Of a stretch of 64,000 nucleotides of DNA, positions 38,880 to 51,898 are shown one piece after another. Source of the stretch: Gonapodya sp. JEL0774 (taxonomy: Eukaryota); NCBI GenBank assembly GCA_027604505.1, contig JADIIX010000025.1:1-64000 (forward strand). Reading direction: 5' to 3'. Positions within the stretch are counted from its first letter, which is position 1. Every line of letters begins with the position of its first letter. The translations under genes were made by a program, and so were the position numbers. The notes below the pieces were generated by a model, which was not told the DNA's origin, ran no database searches, and worked only from the letters and a program-made list of their open reading frames with translations.

Positions 38880-41525
38880 TCAATCTCTTGACCGTGACTG
38901 TTTCACTGCCCACGTCGATGTTCCTGCGCAATGCAGTTTGCCATTTCGCACCGAACCACTAGTTGCCCTAGTCGCTCTAGAAGTCTCAACCACCACGTCA
39001 TCATTCTCCAAGCCACGCACTGCTGGGGCGACTGCATGAAGGTTATGCTGGATTTCGGGCAGGGAGGGCGAAACAGATTCTTGGTGATCGTGGACATGGC
39101 TGTGAGTTTGGCCAGCACGGGACTCCAACCATGATACTACATCGGCCCCTGGGGTAGACTCTGACTCAACCACCTCGATTTGTATGGTGGAGTGGTGTAT
39201 ACCATAGTCTGCACACACTGCCGCTTCGGCGTCAGCGAGAATCCTGGCGAAGTCCGCTGGTGTAAGCTTCCTAGTTGCAGTGCCCATAATCGGTCCCGAA
39301 TGAACGTTCTGATGGGTTGCTTCACTTCCATGACAAGTAGAGCCGTGGAAGTGCTCATCTGGTGAGCCTCGAGACCCCGGCTCCTCCACCTCCACTTCTC
39401 CTGCGATCCTGATATGAACCATCACCGCAGGTTTTCCCACCGTCAGATTCCACACGTGCAGATCATGCACATCCACGACCCCTTTGACCTCTCTCAGCCT
39501 CTTCGCCACTTGCACCACGTCCACGCCCGCTGGGGTACCTTCCATGAGCACACGAACCGTTCTACCAACGAGGCGCACGGTGGTGAAGAGGACAATGGCG
39601 GAAAATATAAAGGTACACATGGGATCAACCCAAGTTGCCGTAGGATTGAAGCGAAGTATGATTGAGGAAAGAAGCACACCGATGGAAGAGAGGAGGTCAC
39701 CGAGAACATGCAGTGCGGCCGAGTGCAGGTTTATATTCATTGGCTAGATCAGCGGGTGGGCGGAAATGGTTCCATCGTGAGGGAACTGAAGTGGCACTCG
39801 AATAAGCAAGGGGCAGCGCGATAACCAACTTTTCCATCTTTTCCCCTCATCCGTTTCCACAAATTTTTCGCTTGTCCCCTCAAACGCATTGTTAGTCCCA
39901 CATCTTCAACACTGTCGTCCACAGCAAGAACCCTAACAATACGCCCGTCGCTTGAACCTCGCTCTGGGTCGCTTGTCCTTTCGTGATTGTGCTCGTGATC
40001 ATGATCGTGGCCATAGTTTTCCGCATGTGAGTGGCCAGCGCCGCTGTGGGAAGTCTCGTGGCTGTGATTGTGGCCATGATGGCCATGTCCTAGAACAGCA
40101 GCCAGGATGATATTGACGACGACACCAGCAGCAGAGACGATGAGCATAATCTACGGTGGTGCATTGGAGGACGGAGTGAAAGAAAAGATCGATCAGGGCA
40201 AAGGAACTATTGGGTACTAGAGACGCTGTTTCACCATCATCAACAGCTTCATCAAGTCGTGAAAATAATTGTCCAGCAATTATATGGTACCGAAATCGAC
40301 CGCCATGTATATCACAAGAGCAAAAGCGTTCCATGAAATGGCAAGTGCGCAAGGGTTGGGTCTGCTCCCGGTATGCTTGGTGCGATTCCACAACTTTTTT
40401 TCTTGCTCCTCTTTATGATACTGATTTCTTTCCGAGCTCCACGTCATCTGAACGTACCTGTGCATCGATTGGCTCCGGATGCAACACTCGCTGGACGGCT
40501 TCCCAAACCAGGACGGCGGTGAGTGCCCAAATAATAAAAATGGAGAAAAGTGCCCCAAGAATCTTAAAGCGGGTTGCGTTTGTTGTTTGAATGAGGAACG
40601 TAGGGTTGAGGTTAGCACAGCATATTACGGAAGGGACAGGCAGATTCGTTGAGTTTGTCGAACTAGAGTACGACTCCACAATTACTGTAGGCAAGCAAGC
40701 TGTACCCATCAAAGGAGAAGTCTAGGACCTTCTAGCATCGCTCTTGACCCGATACCACATTCCACGCATGGATGCCATGACCAAAGCTCACCTCAGCTCT
40801 GTGAAATCCAAAGGAGTGAATGCCCGTGGCCGGTTTCTCTGCCCAGTGCAAGGCGGCGAGAGATATTATGAATGCAAAGACGTCGGAGAGAAGATGGAAA
40901 GAGTCGGAGAGGAGTGCGAGGGAGCCTGAGAACGGCGGAATGTTCAATTTCAGCCACGAGAAATTGAAATCAGGCAAATGACAAAAGTATCCCGTGGCTT
41001 CAAATTGATAAGGGAAGTTTTCGCGAGAAATCACGGGCGATTTGTCGTTCCAGTTCCGCTTAATGCGCGATCATTCAACATCCGTCGAACCTCACCGGCC
41101 ATGAGCCCGCCAACCAGTTCACCGACAAAGAACAGAGATGATAGTGCTATTGCAATTATGAGTCGCCGTTTGTTGAGGTCTGCCTCCGCGTTTCGTGCTC
41201 CTTTGTTCGTTTTGAGTTGAATGCTTTCCTTCCCCATTTCAGGCCCACGTCTCTGCCCCAGCACTTGCTCATCCTTATGGTCGTGTTTCCAGTCATTTTC
41301 GTACTCGTGGTCGTCTTGGTGAACGGAATTTAAATGGCAACCGAATGCGGGCGAATAGACTCCTGACGAGACGCTCCGCGTCCTAACGGATCTCTTTCTT
41401 GCAGATGAGAACAATGAGAGCACTGCTTTGGGAATCAGGGCGGAAGAGTCCGCGTTTGATAGCGACTCGGTGGGGGAAACCCCGTGAATTGGCATACTGA
41501 TGGTTGGGGCAGAAGGTTCCATCAT
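38880..41525 (-). CDS. Cation diffusion facilitator (ZnT/CzcD-like Zn transporter), copy 2
   Basis: GSLALLSDSFHLLSD, HSFGFHRAE, His-rich loop, NINLHSAALHVLGDLLSSIGV, DPMCT, LMEGTP, VHDLHVWNLT, YGIHHSTIQIE. Confidence 0.94.
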
Positions 41526-41861
41526 GGAAAGTTCAGTTGGATCAATGGAAGGGCTCCGCCCCCTTTTTGCCCCCTGAGTCTGATTTGCGCGTTATTACGG
41601 CGCGCAAATATTGCTTTGGGGACAGTTGATAATGGATTCGAAAAGGAGGGCTGTCGCCCCTCGGACAATGGATAATGCCGGCAAGTCTGCTGGACGAACG
41701 AGTGATACTGGATACGGCGGCGCCAGGCAGGATTATATTTCGAGGTACATTATTATTGAAACCGAGAGGCCCTATAAACAGTCACATTTGGTATATCGGA
41801 CGTTAAACACAGTTGTCAACGGTTATGTTCGGCGGCAATCATCTGTCGCAGAGGGATATCA

Positions 41862-43577
41862 TTAATCAGACTCTCCAAGATTCTCCATTCGGTTCCCCAG
41901 TCCGAGCACTAGGTAAACGTCTGTCCCGTGTCCTTCCACGCCCACAACATCAATGCTGCCGCCCCAGTACTCGGCATATACCCTGCACATGGTCAACCCG
42001 ATTCCCAGGTGAACATTGCCCGGAACCAACCCAGATGAGGTTTCCGAGACCTTCCCGGCCATCTTTGGCACTAATGCGAACGAGGCGAACTTGGATGGAT
42101 GGGAGTAGGACCACAGATGAGGGAGGAGATGGGCGGGGATACCTCCCCCAGCGTCAGATATCCGAAAGGTGATTGTTGAGGAAGGATCTCGGATCGGAGA
42201 GAGAGCAACGGTAACACGGACCGCGGGAGGCGGCTCATCCGCGTCCGGAACAAGTCCAGCGTCGATCCGGCGGCGGTGCTCGTAGTCGGTGAATCGCATG
42301 GCATTGTCAAGCAGTTCATACAGGACATACTCGGCATGGTCTCGAATGTAAGTAAAGGAAGCGTGTACGGCTCCGTCGATCATAACGCCTGGGGCAGTCC
42401 GCCCAGTTCGGGAAGCGAAACGGGATGCAGCGAGGTCTGCGCAGTGCTGGACGAGAGGTCCGGCGGGGATACGGAGAGAGACAATACCAATGTGGTCCGA
42501 TGGCTGGATTTGAATGTCTGAGTTCCCTCCTTCTTCGTCGTCAATCCTACTATCCGCCTCCTGGTGTTTCCTGGTATCATCACGAGAGGCGATATTGTGC
42601 ATAACCAGACCAGATGCAGTTCCAGATCTGTTGTCTACTTGTACGATCTCTCTCGCTCGCAGCGCTTCCGTCATTGCCAAATGATGTTCAGCGATGACTC
42701 GCCTGCCAATCCGGCTGCGGAGGGTACCACTCATGAATTTGTCTACATCCGCAGTTGGCATGTGCTTCGCTGCGTTTCGGAACCCCAGTGCGAGCTGAGG
42801 AATGACAACGAGATGCGTGTCAAGCTGTGCGCGCAGAACGGCACACCAACGGTCATTGTCGGTAAGGGAGTTTATCGGAGGTTGGTTGCGAAAAACTTCA
42901 AAGGCAGACCAGTAGAGGTCTAGTGATTGGCCCCAGATCAAAATGAGGATTACAAAATCGCGAAAAATAGACCGCAAAGGGAATGTCAGAAATGAAAGTC
43001 GAAGCTAAAACGCTGGCAACTCACCATAAACCATTTCCACGTGCGGATCCGTTCCCACCGCAAAAGGAAGCCTCTGAAATTCTCGAATTCTGTGTGCTAA
43101 TCTGACAGTAAGCTCGTGTTTCGCAAAATTTGCCGCGGAAACGATTCGTTCCGAGGTGAGGTTTCGAGCAAACACCACAAGTTGTCGGAGGGTGAGTCGT
43201 CGAGATGGTTGAGACGCAAACTTCTCAAGCGTAGCATTGTTGTAGAAGTGCGCATGTGATTGGGAGGGAGAGCTCGTGGCGGAAGGCGAAGAGTGGGACG
43301 AATTATTTGAAGCGGCCTGGGGACCAATCGGACTCTCTGACCCAGATGGACTGGAGAATCCACGCGATGATTTCATGGCTGCCACAAGTGTCCGTGAATG
43401 GAATACAGTCCTTCTGGGGTGAGCTCTTCTTGGTTCCAGGAGCTCTCGAGAACCAACGTAGGACGCGAGGGGACTTGGTGCTTCCACAAGCCGCATTGAT
43501 CGACCACGCAGCGCAATTCCTTGCAATCCAGGCAGCATGTTCCACAAAGAAGCTAGCGGTCGCTGACGCTGGGTCAT
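41862..43577 (-). CDS. Mitochondrial alpha-ketoacid dehydrogenase kinase (PDK/BCKDK family), 1 intron
   Basis: RLTLRQLV.F...ELTVRLAHRIREFQRLPF, RSRIGRRVIAEHHLA, YVLYELLDNAMR, RISDAGGGIP, LGIGLTMCRVYAEYWGG...GHGTDVY. Confidence 0.92.
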
Positions 43578-43745
43578 GATTGTGGAAACTCAGACGCTTG
43601 ATGCCTGTACGGGACTGTGCCCCCGTACTCCAACTTCCGCCTATTTGGATATCGACAAAGTCGCTGTCACCCACTATGCTGAACATGTATCATATGTAAC
43701 TACGAGCTTTCTTCGTACATCAAGGTTTCTATTTCTAGATTCCAT

Positions 43746-44293
43746 TTACACGTCGGGCCCGACGTTGTATATGCAGAACTTGCTTCCGTCCAAGTCACGG
43801 AAGTATCTGAACAGAAAAACGTCATGAATCAAACGAAAGCGCATCGAGTTCTCGCGTTTTTAACAACTCACGCTCCATAAAATGCCTGCGGTCCCTCAGG
43901 CCCCCGAAGACCTGGTGCACCTTCATCTTTTGCCCCGAGCGACAATGCCTTGGCGTGGAAGTCACGAACTTCTTTTCGGCTATCGCACTTCAAAGCGACC
44001 ACTGCCGCATGTATTAGATGTATGTACGAGGGAGATTAAAGGAGGTTGGACTGTGTTCGTAATCTGCTGAAATATATCAACTCACTTGGGCCGTTGCCGC
44101 AGTGAGCAGCCTTGGACGTGTCGTACGGCTTGGTGAGCATGAGACCCGCGCCATCACTACCCAGGGTGTAGAAGTATCCTCGCTCGCCAACTGGAAACAA
44201 GATCTTGCCACCGACACCTCCAATGAGTTCATCCCAGAATGCCTTGGCTCTCGGCAAGTCATCAGTTCCGATCGTGATGTAACCGACTATCAT
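43746..44293 (-). CDS. VOC/glyoxalase-superfamily protein, bacterial type, copy 1 (2 introns)
   Basis: MIVGYITIGTDDLPRAKAFWD...GNGP|MVALKCDSRKEVRDFHAKALSLGAKDEGAPGLRGPEGPQAFYGA|YFRDLDGSKFCIYNVGPDV*. Confidence 0.9.
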
Positions 44294-44720
44294 CGCTGAA
44301 GTTGTGATAAGCGGATGGTGTGATCACGTGGAGATTGCTTAGTTTCTGTCGGGGAGCAGAAGTGACAAAGGATGCCGCGCAAAGTGTTCCGAGAAGCTTG
44401 CCACTGACTCTGTCCAATTGTTTGCTGAATAGATGACAATGGAAAAGTTCAGATCAGGATATGGAAACCGGAGGTAGTCCCGAGGTTGTTGGCGGCCACA
44501 CCGATTCCGCCGTCAGCCGGTCGGAATAGCAAGGATACGTTGTTGTCTCCCAGTTTGACATCCACGAATGTTGCATATCAGATAAACTGAAATTGACAAC
44601 AGGATTGTAGCCCAATGATGAGCACGTGGCCTTTGAATTTTACTGGACAATTCGGGTGATCATCCAAAAGTGGAAGAGGCACACTTAATTTATAGAACGA
44701 CTAAGAATATGAAGTACATA

Positions 44721-45266
44721 TCATTGATCAGCAGGGCCATTTTTGTAGACGCAAAGTTTGTTTCCCTCAGGATCCTTGAAATAGCTGTTAAACGGTGGTG
44801 AGTGACAAATTACATTATGTGCACCGAGTGATCCACGATTAACACTGTACATACCCAGCGTAAAATGCTTCCGGGCCCTCAGGACCACGGAGACCGACTG
44901 GGCCGGCATCAGAGCTTCCAAGAGCGATAGCTTTATCGAAGAACTCGTGCACTGCCTTTCGGCTCTCGACTTCGAATGAGACCACTGACATGAACAAAGC
45001 CGTTTAATCGCAGTGTATCAACCCGACGCGATGTGAAGTCCGATATCGCGCCGATCAAACTTACTTGGTCCGTTGCCGGGATGCGCTGGTCTGTCCGATT
45101 CGAAAGCTTTTGTGACGAGAAAGTCTGCCCCCTTGCCGTTTGTGTAGTAGTACCCTCTTCCGGTGTCTAGAACCACTTTGGCGTTCACGAGGCTCAGAAG
45201 TTCATCGTAAAATGCCTTGGCCTTGGGGAGATCGTTGGTTCCAACGCAAACGTATCCGACAACCAT
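44721..45266 (-). CDS. VOC/glyoxalase-superfamily protein, bacterial type, copy 2 (2 introns)
   Basis: MVVGYVCVGTNDLPKAKAFYD...GNGP|MVSFEVESRKAVHEFFDKAIALGSSDAGPVGLRGPEGPEAFYAG|YFKDPEGNKLCVYKNGPADQ*. Confidence 0.9.
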
Positions 45267-45847
45267 GTTGCACCAGTTGAGTTCGACGAGAAAGAGCTTT
45301 TCCGCAAAAGATGTCAGGGAAGGCACACGATTGCGTAAAAAAAATTCGTGCACATATGGAGAATGAGGTGGAAGAGGTGGAGATCGATGGATTTAGAACC
45401 AGATCATTCGCAGCTGAATTCGTGACTATCAATCGGCGCCGCCAGTAGTCTGCTCCATAACACGAATGGCTCCATCACCTCTTGACTGCTTCCATATCCC
45501 TCACCTTGGTTTTGGTGTAAATTGGGAGAATGTGAGTTTCAAACCTGGCGAACTTCTTTTTCAGGAACGGATTCGGACCGCCTGCCGAAACCACGGGCCG
45601 TGACGGATAAACAAAATACTGCAGGGTCTGTCTCATTCGATATGGAAATACCAAGACAAGACGACTCGAAATTCGCAAAGAGAATCTGTTAAATTTGCGG
45701 GCTCGCTTTCGAAAAATGACGTGGATGGTGTGTGAAAGGTGTGATGACCGACAAGCCAGCTACAATCACCGGCGCAGCAAGAGATATATGAAACTACGGA
45801 GTATTATGAATTATTACTACGAACTGACGCGATCAATTACAGAATAG

Positions 45848-47551
45848 CTAGCTCTTCAACTGGTCAAAGTCAATCATGAGGCTGTCCCACATGTCACTCG
45901 TTCCAAATCGAGTGAGGAACCACAGTGCTGTGAGATCTGATCCGCCAATTATATTGTGTGGATTCGGCGTATGCTAAATGAGATACGGAGTTGTACGTTG
46001 GTGAGATGTCGTTGCGTAGCTGAGGCATTGTGCCAGACACGTACAAGCATTACTTGATCAACCATGACGGCGGTTACCGTTTCTGGCTCGAGAATTCCCT
46101 TAGGAACCTGCAAATCCCCCGCCATGTGGTCGAGATTGCTGGCAGTAAGCAGTTGGTTCCACAGGCGATTCATCTCACACTTCGCCTCACCGGAGTATTG
46201 AAAGCACTCCTTGCCATCTTCTTCCTGATGCTTTCCTCACCGCCGTACGCCGCAATCACCTCGTCAGACGTCTCGTTGACCACGCGTTCGATCTTTCTTT
46301 TATCAATGGCCGTGATCAGTGGTGTTCTGGCGTAGTACTGAAGGTTTGCGTACAGCGCAGGTCACCAAGAAAGGATGAGCAGGAATGCTGAGAGGACCTC
46401 TATTACATGGACTCACTGGCTCAATTATTGAAACGAAAATTCCTTGACTCTTCAATTCTGCACGGAGCGTGACGCTGAACGTTTCGGCGGCGTGCTTCGA
46501 TGCACAGTACGACCCTGCCAAGAACACAACGAATAAGAGATTCCGTTCTTACGAGGACGTGTCTGACCGGGCGATAGTTATTTTTTGTATCACTCACCCA
46601 CGGGAGAAATTTTGTAGATACCAGCTGTGCTGGTCATATTGACGAGCCTTGGAGATGGAGCGGTTGGTCCTTTGAGGGCGATGTACTTGCGAAGCAAAGG
46701 GAGAAGAGCCTTGGTGACACGAACTTGGCCAAAGTACTATATTGTCAGTGGTGCAGAGCCCGTCCACGTTGATTCACAATTTGGGACTCATGAACGCATG
46801 ACAGGTGCGGAGAAACTTGCACGTACATTGACTTCCATATCCTTGTAAAACATATCCATCGTGGAAAGCTCCCACTTGTAAGCAGCATGAAGTCCGGCCT
46901 TACAAGATCAGACAATATGCTCACATACATTTACAACGGAATTGCATGACACCTCAAGCCATAAAACACTCACATTATTGACAAGGCAATAAACACCAGA
47001 TGGGCATTCCTTTTGTAGCATGGCAGAGCATGCTTTCACATCCGCCTCTTTCGTGACGTCCAACTGAGGCAAGGAACAGAATGTCGGTCAGCGCTATCGG
47101 ACAATACTTTTGAGGAATCGAGTCGAGATCCAAAGACCTTGAACGGCTTAAGATATAAAGATTCATTCAAGGATGCGTACGCTCGGAGAGATTCAATACC
47201 TTGGTCTGCATGCCTGATGAGCACCAACGCGATGATATTGCACAAACCCATGCCAAATACCCACCGGTTAAGCATCCTGCGTACACTCTGAATCCATTTG
47301 CAGCTAGTTCTTTTGCGGTTATGTTGCCGAAACCTGCCCAAGGATATCCGTTTCGTCGATCGTATATGAAACGCAATTTGAATCATGAATTAGGGAAGTG
47401 TGTATTCACCCGTATCGCATCCTGTCACAACCACCACGAGACCATTCCCATTTGTCAGTTTTGGGGATTGGTTGAACCGTCGGTAAAGCGCGACTCCGGC
47501 ACCGATGCCCACGATTGCGGACGCTGCAAGAGCGAATCCGCGACGACTCAT
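45848..47551 (-). CDS. Short-chain dehydrogenase/reductase (RDH/17-beta-HSD-like) with N-terminal membrane anchor, many introns
   Basis: VVVVTGCDT|GFGNITAKELAANGFRVYAGCL, RLVNMTSTAG, GSYCASKHAAETFS..LRAEL...GIFVSIIEP. Confidence 0.88.
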
Positions 47552-48055
47552 GGAAGTTGGTCGCTGTTGGTTCAATTGGATGTGCGATTCCCCCTTGCCA
47601 GTGGAAGCTTCCTTTCCAAGGATAGGGAAGTACCGGAATATCCAAGTCAGGTTCCTAGATGGTCACATGTGTGGACGTGCCAGAGTAGTCCGTCCGAGCT
47701 ATTCATATGGTATTGACCAAGAAAACAAGTCTGTTTTCTAAGCTCGAGCGTTCTTTCTTTCTAATTGCAGGAATGAGCAGCTCCCGCAGCATCAGTGTTG
47801 TGGAATAAGAATGGCTCTCGGCGCTTCATGAGCACGTACAGAACATCACCATCTAATTACACACGGGAAACATGCATGGATAGTGTACAGTTTTCTCTGA
47901 CTTCGATATCGAGTATTTACATTTTCATTCCCGTGGTGTTTGCATTTACCACACGGAACTTTTATGCGCCCTCACGAAACACCCGATTGCCTTTCTTTCG
48001 CCATCCTCGTACATTATCCCATAAAAACACCACGCCATCGCGAACCAAACTACGA

Positions 48056-49371
48056 ATGGCATCCAAAAATATTCGAAACGCTACAGTGAGCTTCGCGACC
48101 GGCAACACGATCCCCGCCCTGGGTTTCGGTGCAGGTGAGCTCGATTACTTTCGAACCTGCCATTTCCGCCAAGACCAACATGTCTGTCCGCGTTTCAGGA
48201 ACTGCCTGGTTTGTTGGTCCCAAGGGAATCACCGATAATCATCCGATAAACCGGAAGCTTGTAGATTCCATCAAAACCGCTCTCAAACTCGGTGGGGTGT
48301 TTGTTTCTGTCCGATCTTAGAGACTTGCATGTCACGATTGGGATTCTCTTCTAGGCTTCACTCACCTTGATAACGCGCTTGTGTATGGGAATGAGATTGA
48401 CAACGGCGTTGCCATCAAGGAGTACCTTGCCGAATCAGGAAAGAAGCGATCGGACATTTTCGTGACCACAAAGGTTTACACCCAAGAAGTGAGATCGTCG
48501 CGGGCAAGCACTAAGGTTTGACAGTATCCGAGACGTGTAATTGATGTCAACCGGCTTCATTCAGGTCGCTGATATACCAGGCTCCCTCAAGCGATCCTTG
48601 GAACGCTTGGGCCTTGAGTATGTAGACCTCTACCTCATTCACGCCCCGTTCTTTGAAACATTGGGACTTGCTGGGAAGGTCACAGCCGCAAGCGCGTGGA
48701 AACAGGTGCGTGGCCGACCTTCGTTCGAGTTCACTCCCAAAGAAATGGTATTCATTTATGATCTTTTTTTGGTCTCATGTAGATGGAGGAAGTCAAGGAC
48801 GCGGGACTCGCAAAGGACATTGGTGTTTCGAACTTCCGTATTGTCGACTTTGAAGAGATCTTTGCTTCCAAGCCCAAACACATTCCCGTCATCAACCAGG
48901 TTCGAATTGTTCGCTTATCTATGGCCTGGTGAACTACTTGCTTGAGAATGTCATTGACTCCTTAAACTCCATCGCGTCGTGATTTTTGTGAACCCATAGA
49001 TCGAATATCACCCTTACCTCCAACAACCCGAACTCCTCGCTTACCACGCAAAGCACGGTATCCGCACCGCGTCTTACGGTCCGCTCATCTCCCTCACCAA
49101 GCACCAGAACGGCCCCGTGGACGCCGTCGTGGAGACCATTGCCAAGGCCCATTCTTCTACGCCAGGTCAGGTCCTCCTCGCCTGGAACCTCGCCAAGGGC
49201 AACGTCGTTCTCACAACGAGCTCCAAAGAGGAGAGATTGGCCGAGTACCTCGACACGGGGAAGGTGGTGTTGTCCGAGGCAGATGTGAAGGCGATCGACG
49301 CCGCTGGCGACAAGGATCCTTTCAGATCTTTTTGGCAGCCCAACTTCCCATCCTTGGCAAAGAAGCTTTAA
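48056..49371 (+). CDS. Aldo-keto reductase (spliced)
   Basis: IPALGFGA|GT, HLDNALVYGNE, DIFVTTK, LGLEYVDLYLIHAP, IGVSNF, NQ|IEYHPY; catalytic D-Y-K-H tetrad present. Confidence 0.93.
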
Positions 49372-49588
49372 TTCCAGAAGCCACGCCCAGAGTCGCAAGA
49401 CCGGTTAGCCCATTTAGAACTCGTAGTGTCTGATAAAATGACTAGAATCACGAAGACCATTGTTCGGAATATTACCACAGATTCACTATGTCTCCGCGTG
49501 ATGGCAGCGTTGGCAATTGAGTGCCGATACAATATCATTAAAAAAATGCGCATCATCTATAAAGGCAACATTGCGTAGGATCTACCCT

Positions 49589-51898
49589 TCATGAATCATG
49601 GTCTCCGGCAATAATGCCGTTCGTCGCTCCCCGAATACCGTCCAGCACCGCCTTCAATTGGTCTCCGTCCAGGCTCCCGTTTCTCGCCATTTCCTCACAC
49701 ATTCCCTCTAATGCGCGTATCCTCTCTTCGATCCGTGATATCCTCTCCACTTTACGCCGCTCTTTTTCTCTCTCGGGATTCACTACGCTCTTATCGATTT
49801 GTTCCTTGATATCATCGGGTAGTGGAGATGGTGCAGGGCCAGCATAGCTGATTATACCGGATTGAAATAGGTGCATAAAGAGCTCTTCCAGGGTAATACC
49901 GGGACCAATCGTAACAGCGTATGACTCCTCGAGGACGTCCGAAGGATGTGGGGTCGTCGGGGCGCGCTCAGACTTCTTGGAGGTCTGCGAAATGATTTCA
50001 CGGCATGGAAGAAAATACGAGAGTGGTGAAAACATGTTCGCCACAGATGACAGAAGCATCTGCAAGGAATTCAGACCCACCGAGTTCTTAGCGGCCTTTT
50101 TGCCTTTCGGTTGGGCCTCAAGATCTGTTTCCATAGGAGACTCCTCAGCGATTGCACGGCCCGATCGGGTGGTAGAGGTAGTGGTGGGTTTTGGGATCAC
50201 TACTTCCTCGCGGGCGATCTTCGATTGTTTAATTCAACAGGTTCAGAGAGCGCACTCGCGCAAAACAGCGATCAGGCAACGTTACCTTCTTCGTCTGCTT
50301 CTCATCCGGTTCCAACTCTGTCGCCTTCCGCTTACCAACAACTTTTTCGTCTTTCAAGCCGTTTGCAGCGATCTTGGCATCCGCACTTTCTCTTTGCACT
50401 CTCTTGCCACTACTCGCTCCGCCCAAGTCGATGCCAGTTCCTGCACTCCCTCTTCTTGCATTTCGCTTGTCACTTAACCCCAATCCCAATCCCAATCCAC
50501 TGCCAAGCCCAGGTGCTCCCGTGGGAGGTTCAAGCACCGGTACATACACCCATCCTTTTGATGCAGGCTTGAGTCCCAGCGGTGTGACTGTCGCGGCTGG
50601 TGTCTGTGAGAGTGGAAGCATCGCAGGTGGTAGGGCTTCGCTGGCAGAGCCGCCCGATGGCCGGGAAAGGCGAAGTCGAAAAGAAGTAGAAGAGAGTGCT
50701 GTAGTGGGGTCGGGGGTGGCCCGTTTAGACGATGTGTTGGAGGGAGTGTTGGAGGGAGTGGGCGTGCGAGTTTCGCCAGTGTCGGGCTGTGAATCACTAC
50801 GGTTGGCTCTGCGGGGACGAATGAGGTCAGAACCAGTTGCAGTTGCTGTAGAGGTGGTGGTAGTTTTGGAGACAGAAGATTTGGTCGGTTTGGGGCTGTC
50901 GACAGGTGACGGTTGTGTCACAGATCGTTCTGCCTTCTCACGCTTCTTGGACGGAATACCGGGCTTGGAAATATTGAGTTCGGAGGCTTTACTTTCATGC
51001 GGAGTCGGAGGTTCCTTTTCGCTCTTCTGTTCCTCCTTACTTCCTTCCTCCTTTATGGGTTCCACTTCGTCCTCCTGGCCTTTCTTCTTAGACTCTTTCT
51101 GCACCCTCGTCGAGACAACCGTGCTTAGCGACTTTTCTCTTTCAGTTTTGTTCTCAGCACCTGAACCTTCGACGACTGCTTCGGAATCAGACGCGTTGGG
51201 TGACGACAACTGTGCAAGCTTCCTTTTGGCGGCTATCGCAACAGCGTTCCCTCGACCAGGACGATGCTCACTGTGAGGCAAATGTGTTAAGATTTGATCA
51301 CGACGCCATTTTACGCCACACGAGTTACAGAGAAGGTCTGGTGCGCGAAGAATAACGACATATCAGAGGGAGAGTCCAACGAGAAACCCAGAGATCTCAT
51401 TGTGAGGTACACACCGTACTCGGCAGGCCCATGCCGCCACTTTCAATAAGAAAGAAGATGTTGATAGCAGGATTTAGTGGTAGGGAAAACGGAATAGAAT
51501 TGCGAAATGGATGATACCCGCTCATAGGATACAGCAGAACTCGAAACGAAGGCACAGGAGCTCGCATCTGTCTCACGTACCATCGGGGTTGTGCCCGTTC
51601 CGCAAAAGCTACAAGACCTTGAGCCATTCGATTCTTTCGGTGGGGGTGCTTGCTCGTTCCCCACCAATCCGGTCTTCTTCGCTGGTGATTTCTCCTGAGG
51701 TTTGGGCTTATCCGATCCCTGAGTGCTGTTCGTGCAAGCATCAGGTACCTGGAGTGCCGAACTGGCTTTCGAATCCTCCGCAGAGACTACCGGGAGTGGT
51801 TTGGAAGGAGAAGCGCTTGGAACATTCGACTCCCGACTCTCAACCTCTCCTTCGACTTCCAATTTGATCGATACGTCTTGGGAAGTTCCGTTGGACAT
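49589..51898 (-). CDS. GATA zinc-finger transcription factor (spliced; start approximate)
   Basis: CSFCGTGTTPM|WRHGPAEY|DLLCNSCGVKWRR is a C-X2-C-X18-C-X2-C GATA finger built from three exons. Confidence 0.85.

Noticed and set aside
44612..44720. Box C-like ATGATGA between the VOC genes (possible snoRNA)
   Set aside because: No suitably placed CTGA box D or terminal stem.
50374..51276. 300-aa plus-strand ORF, and similar long antisense ORFs at 10787-11419, 26679-27515 and 4932-5624
   Set aside because: Shadow frames of GC-rich, low-complexity genes on the opposite strand.
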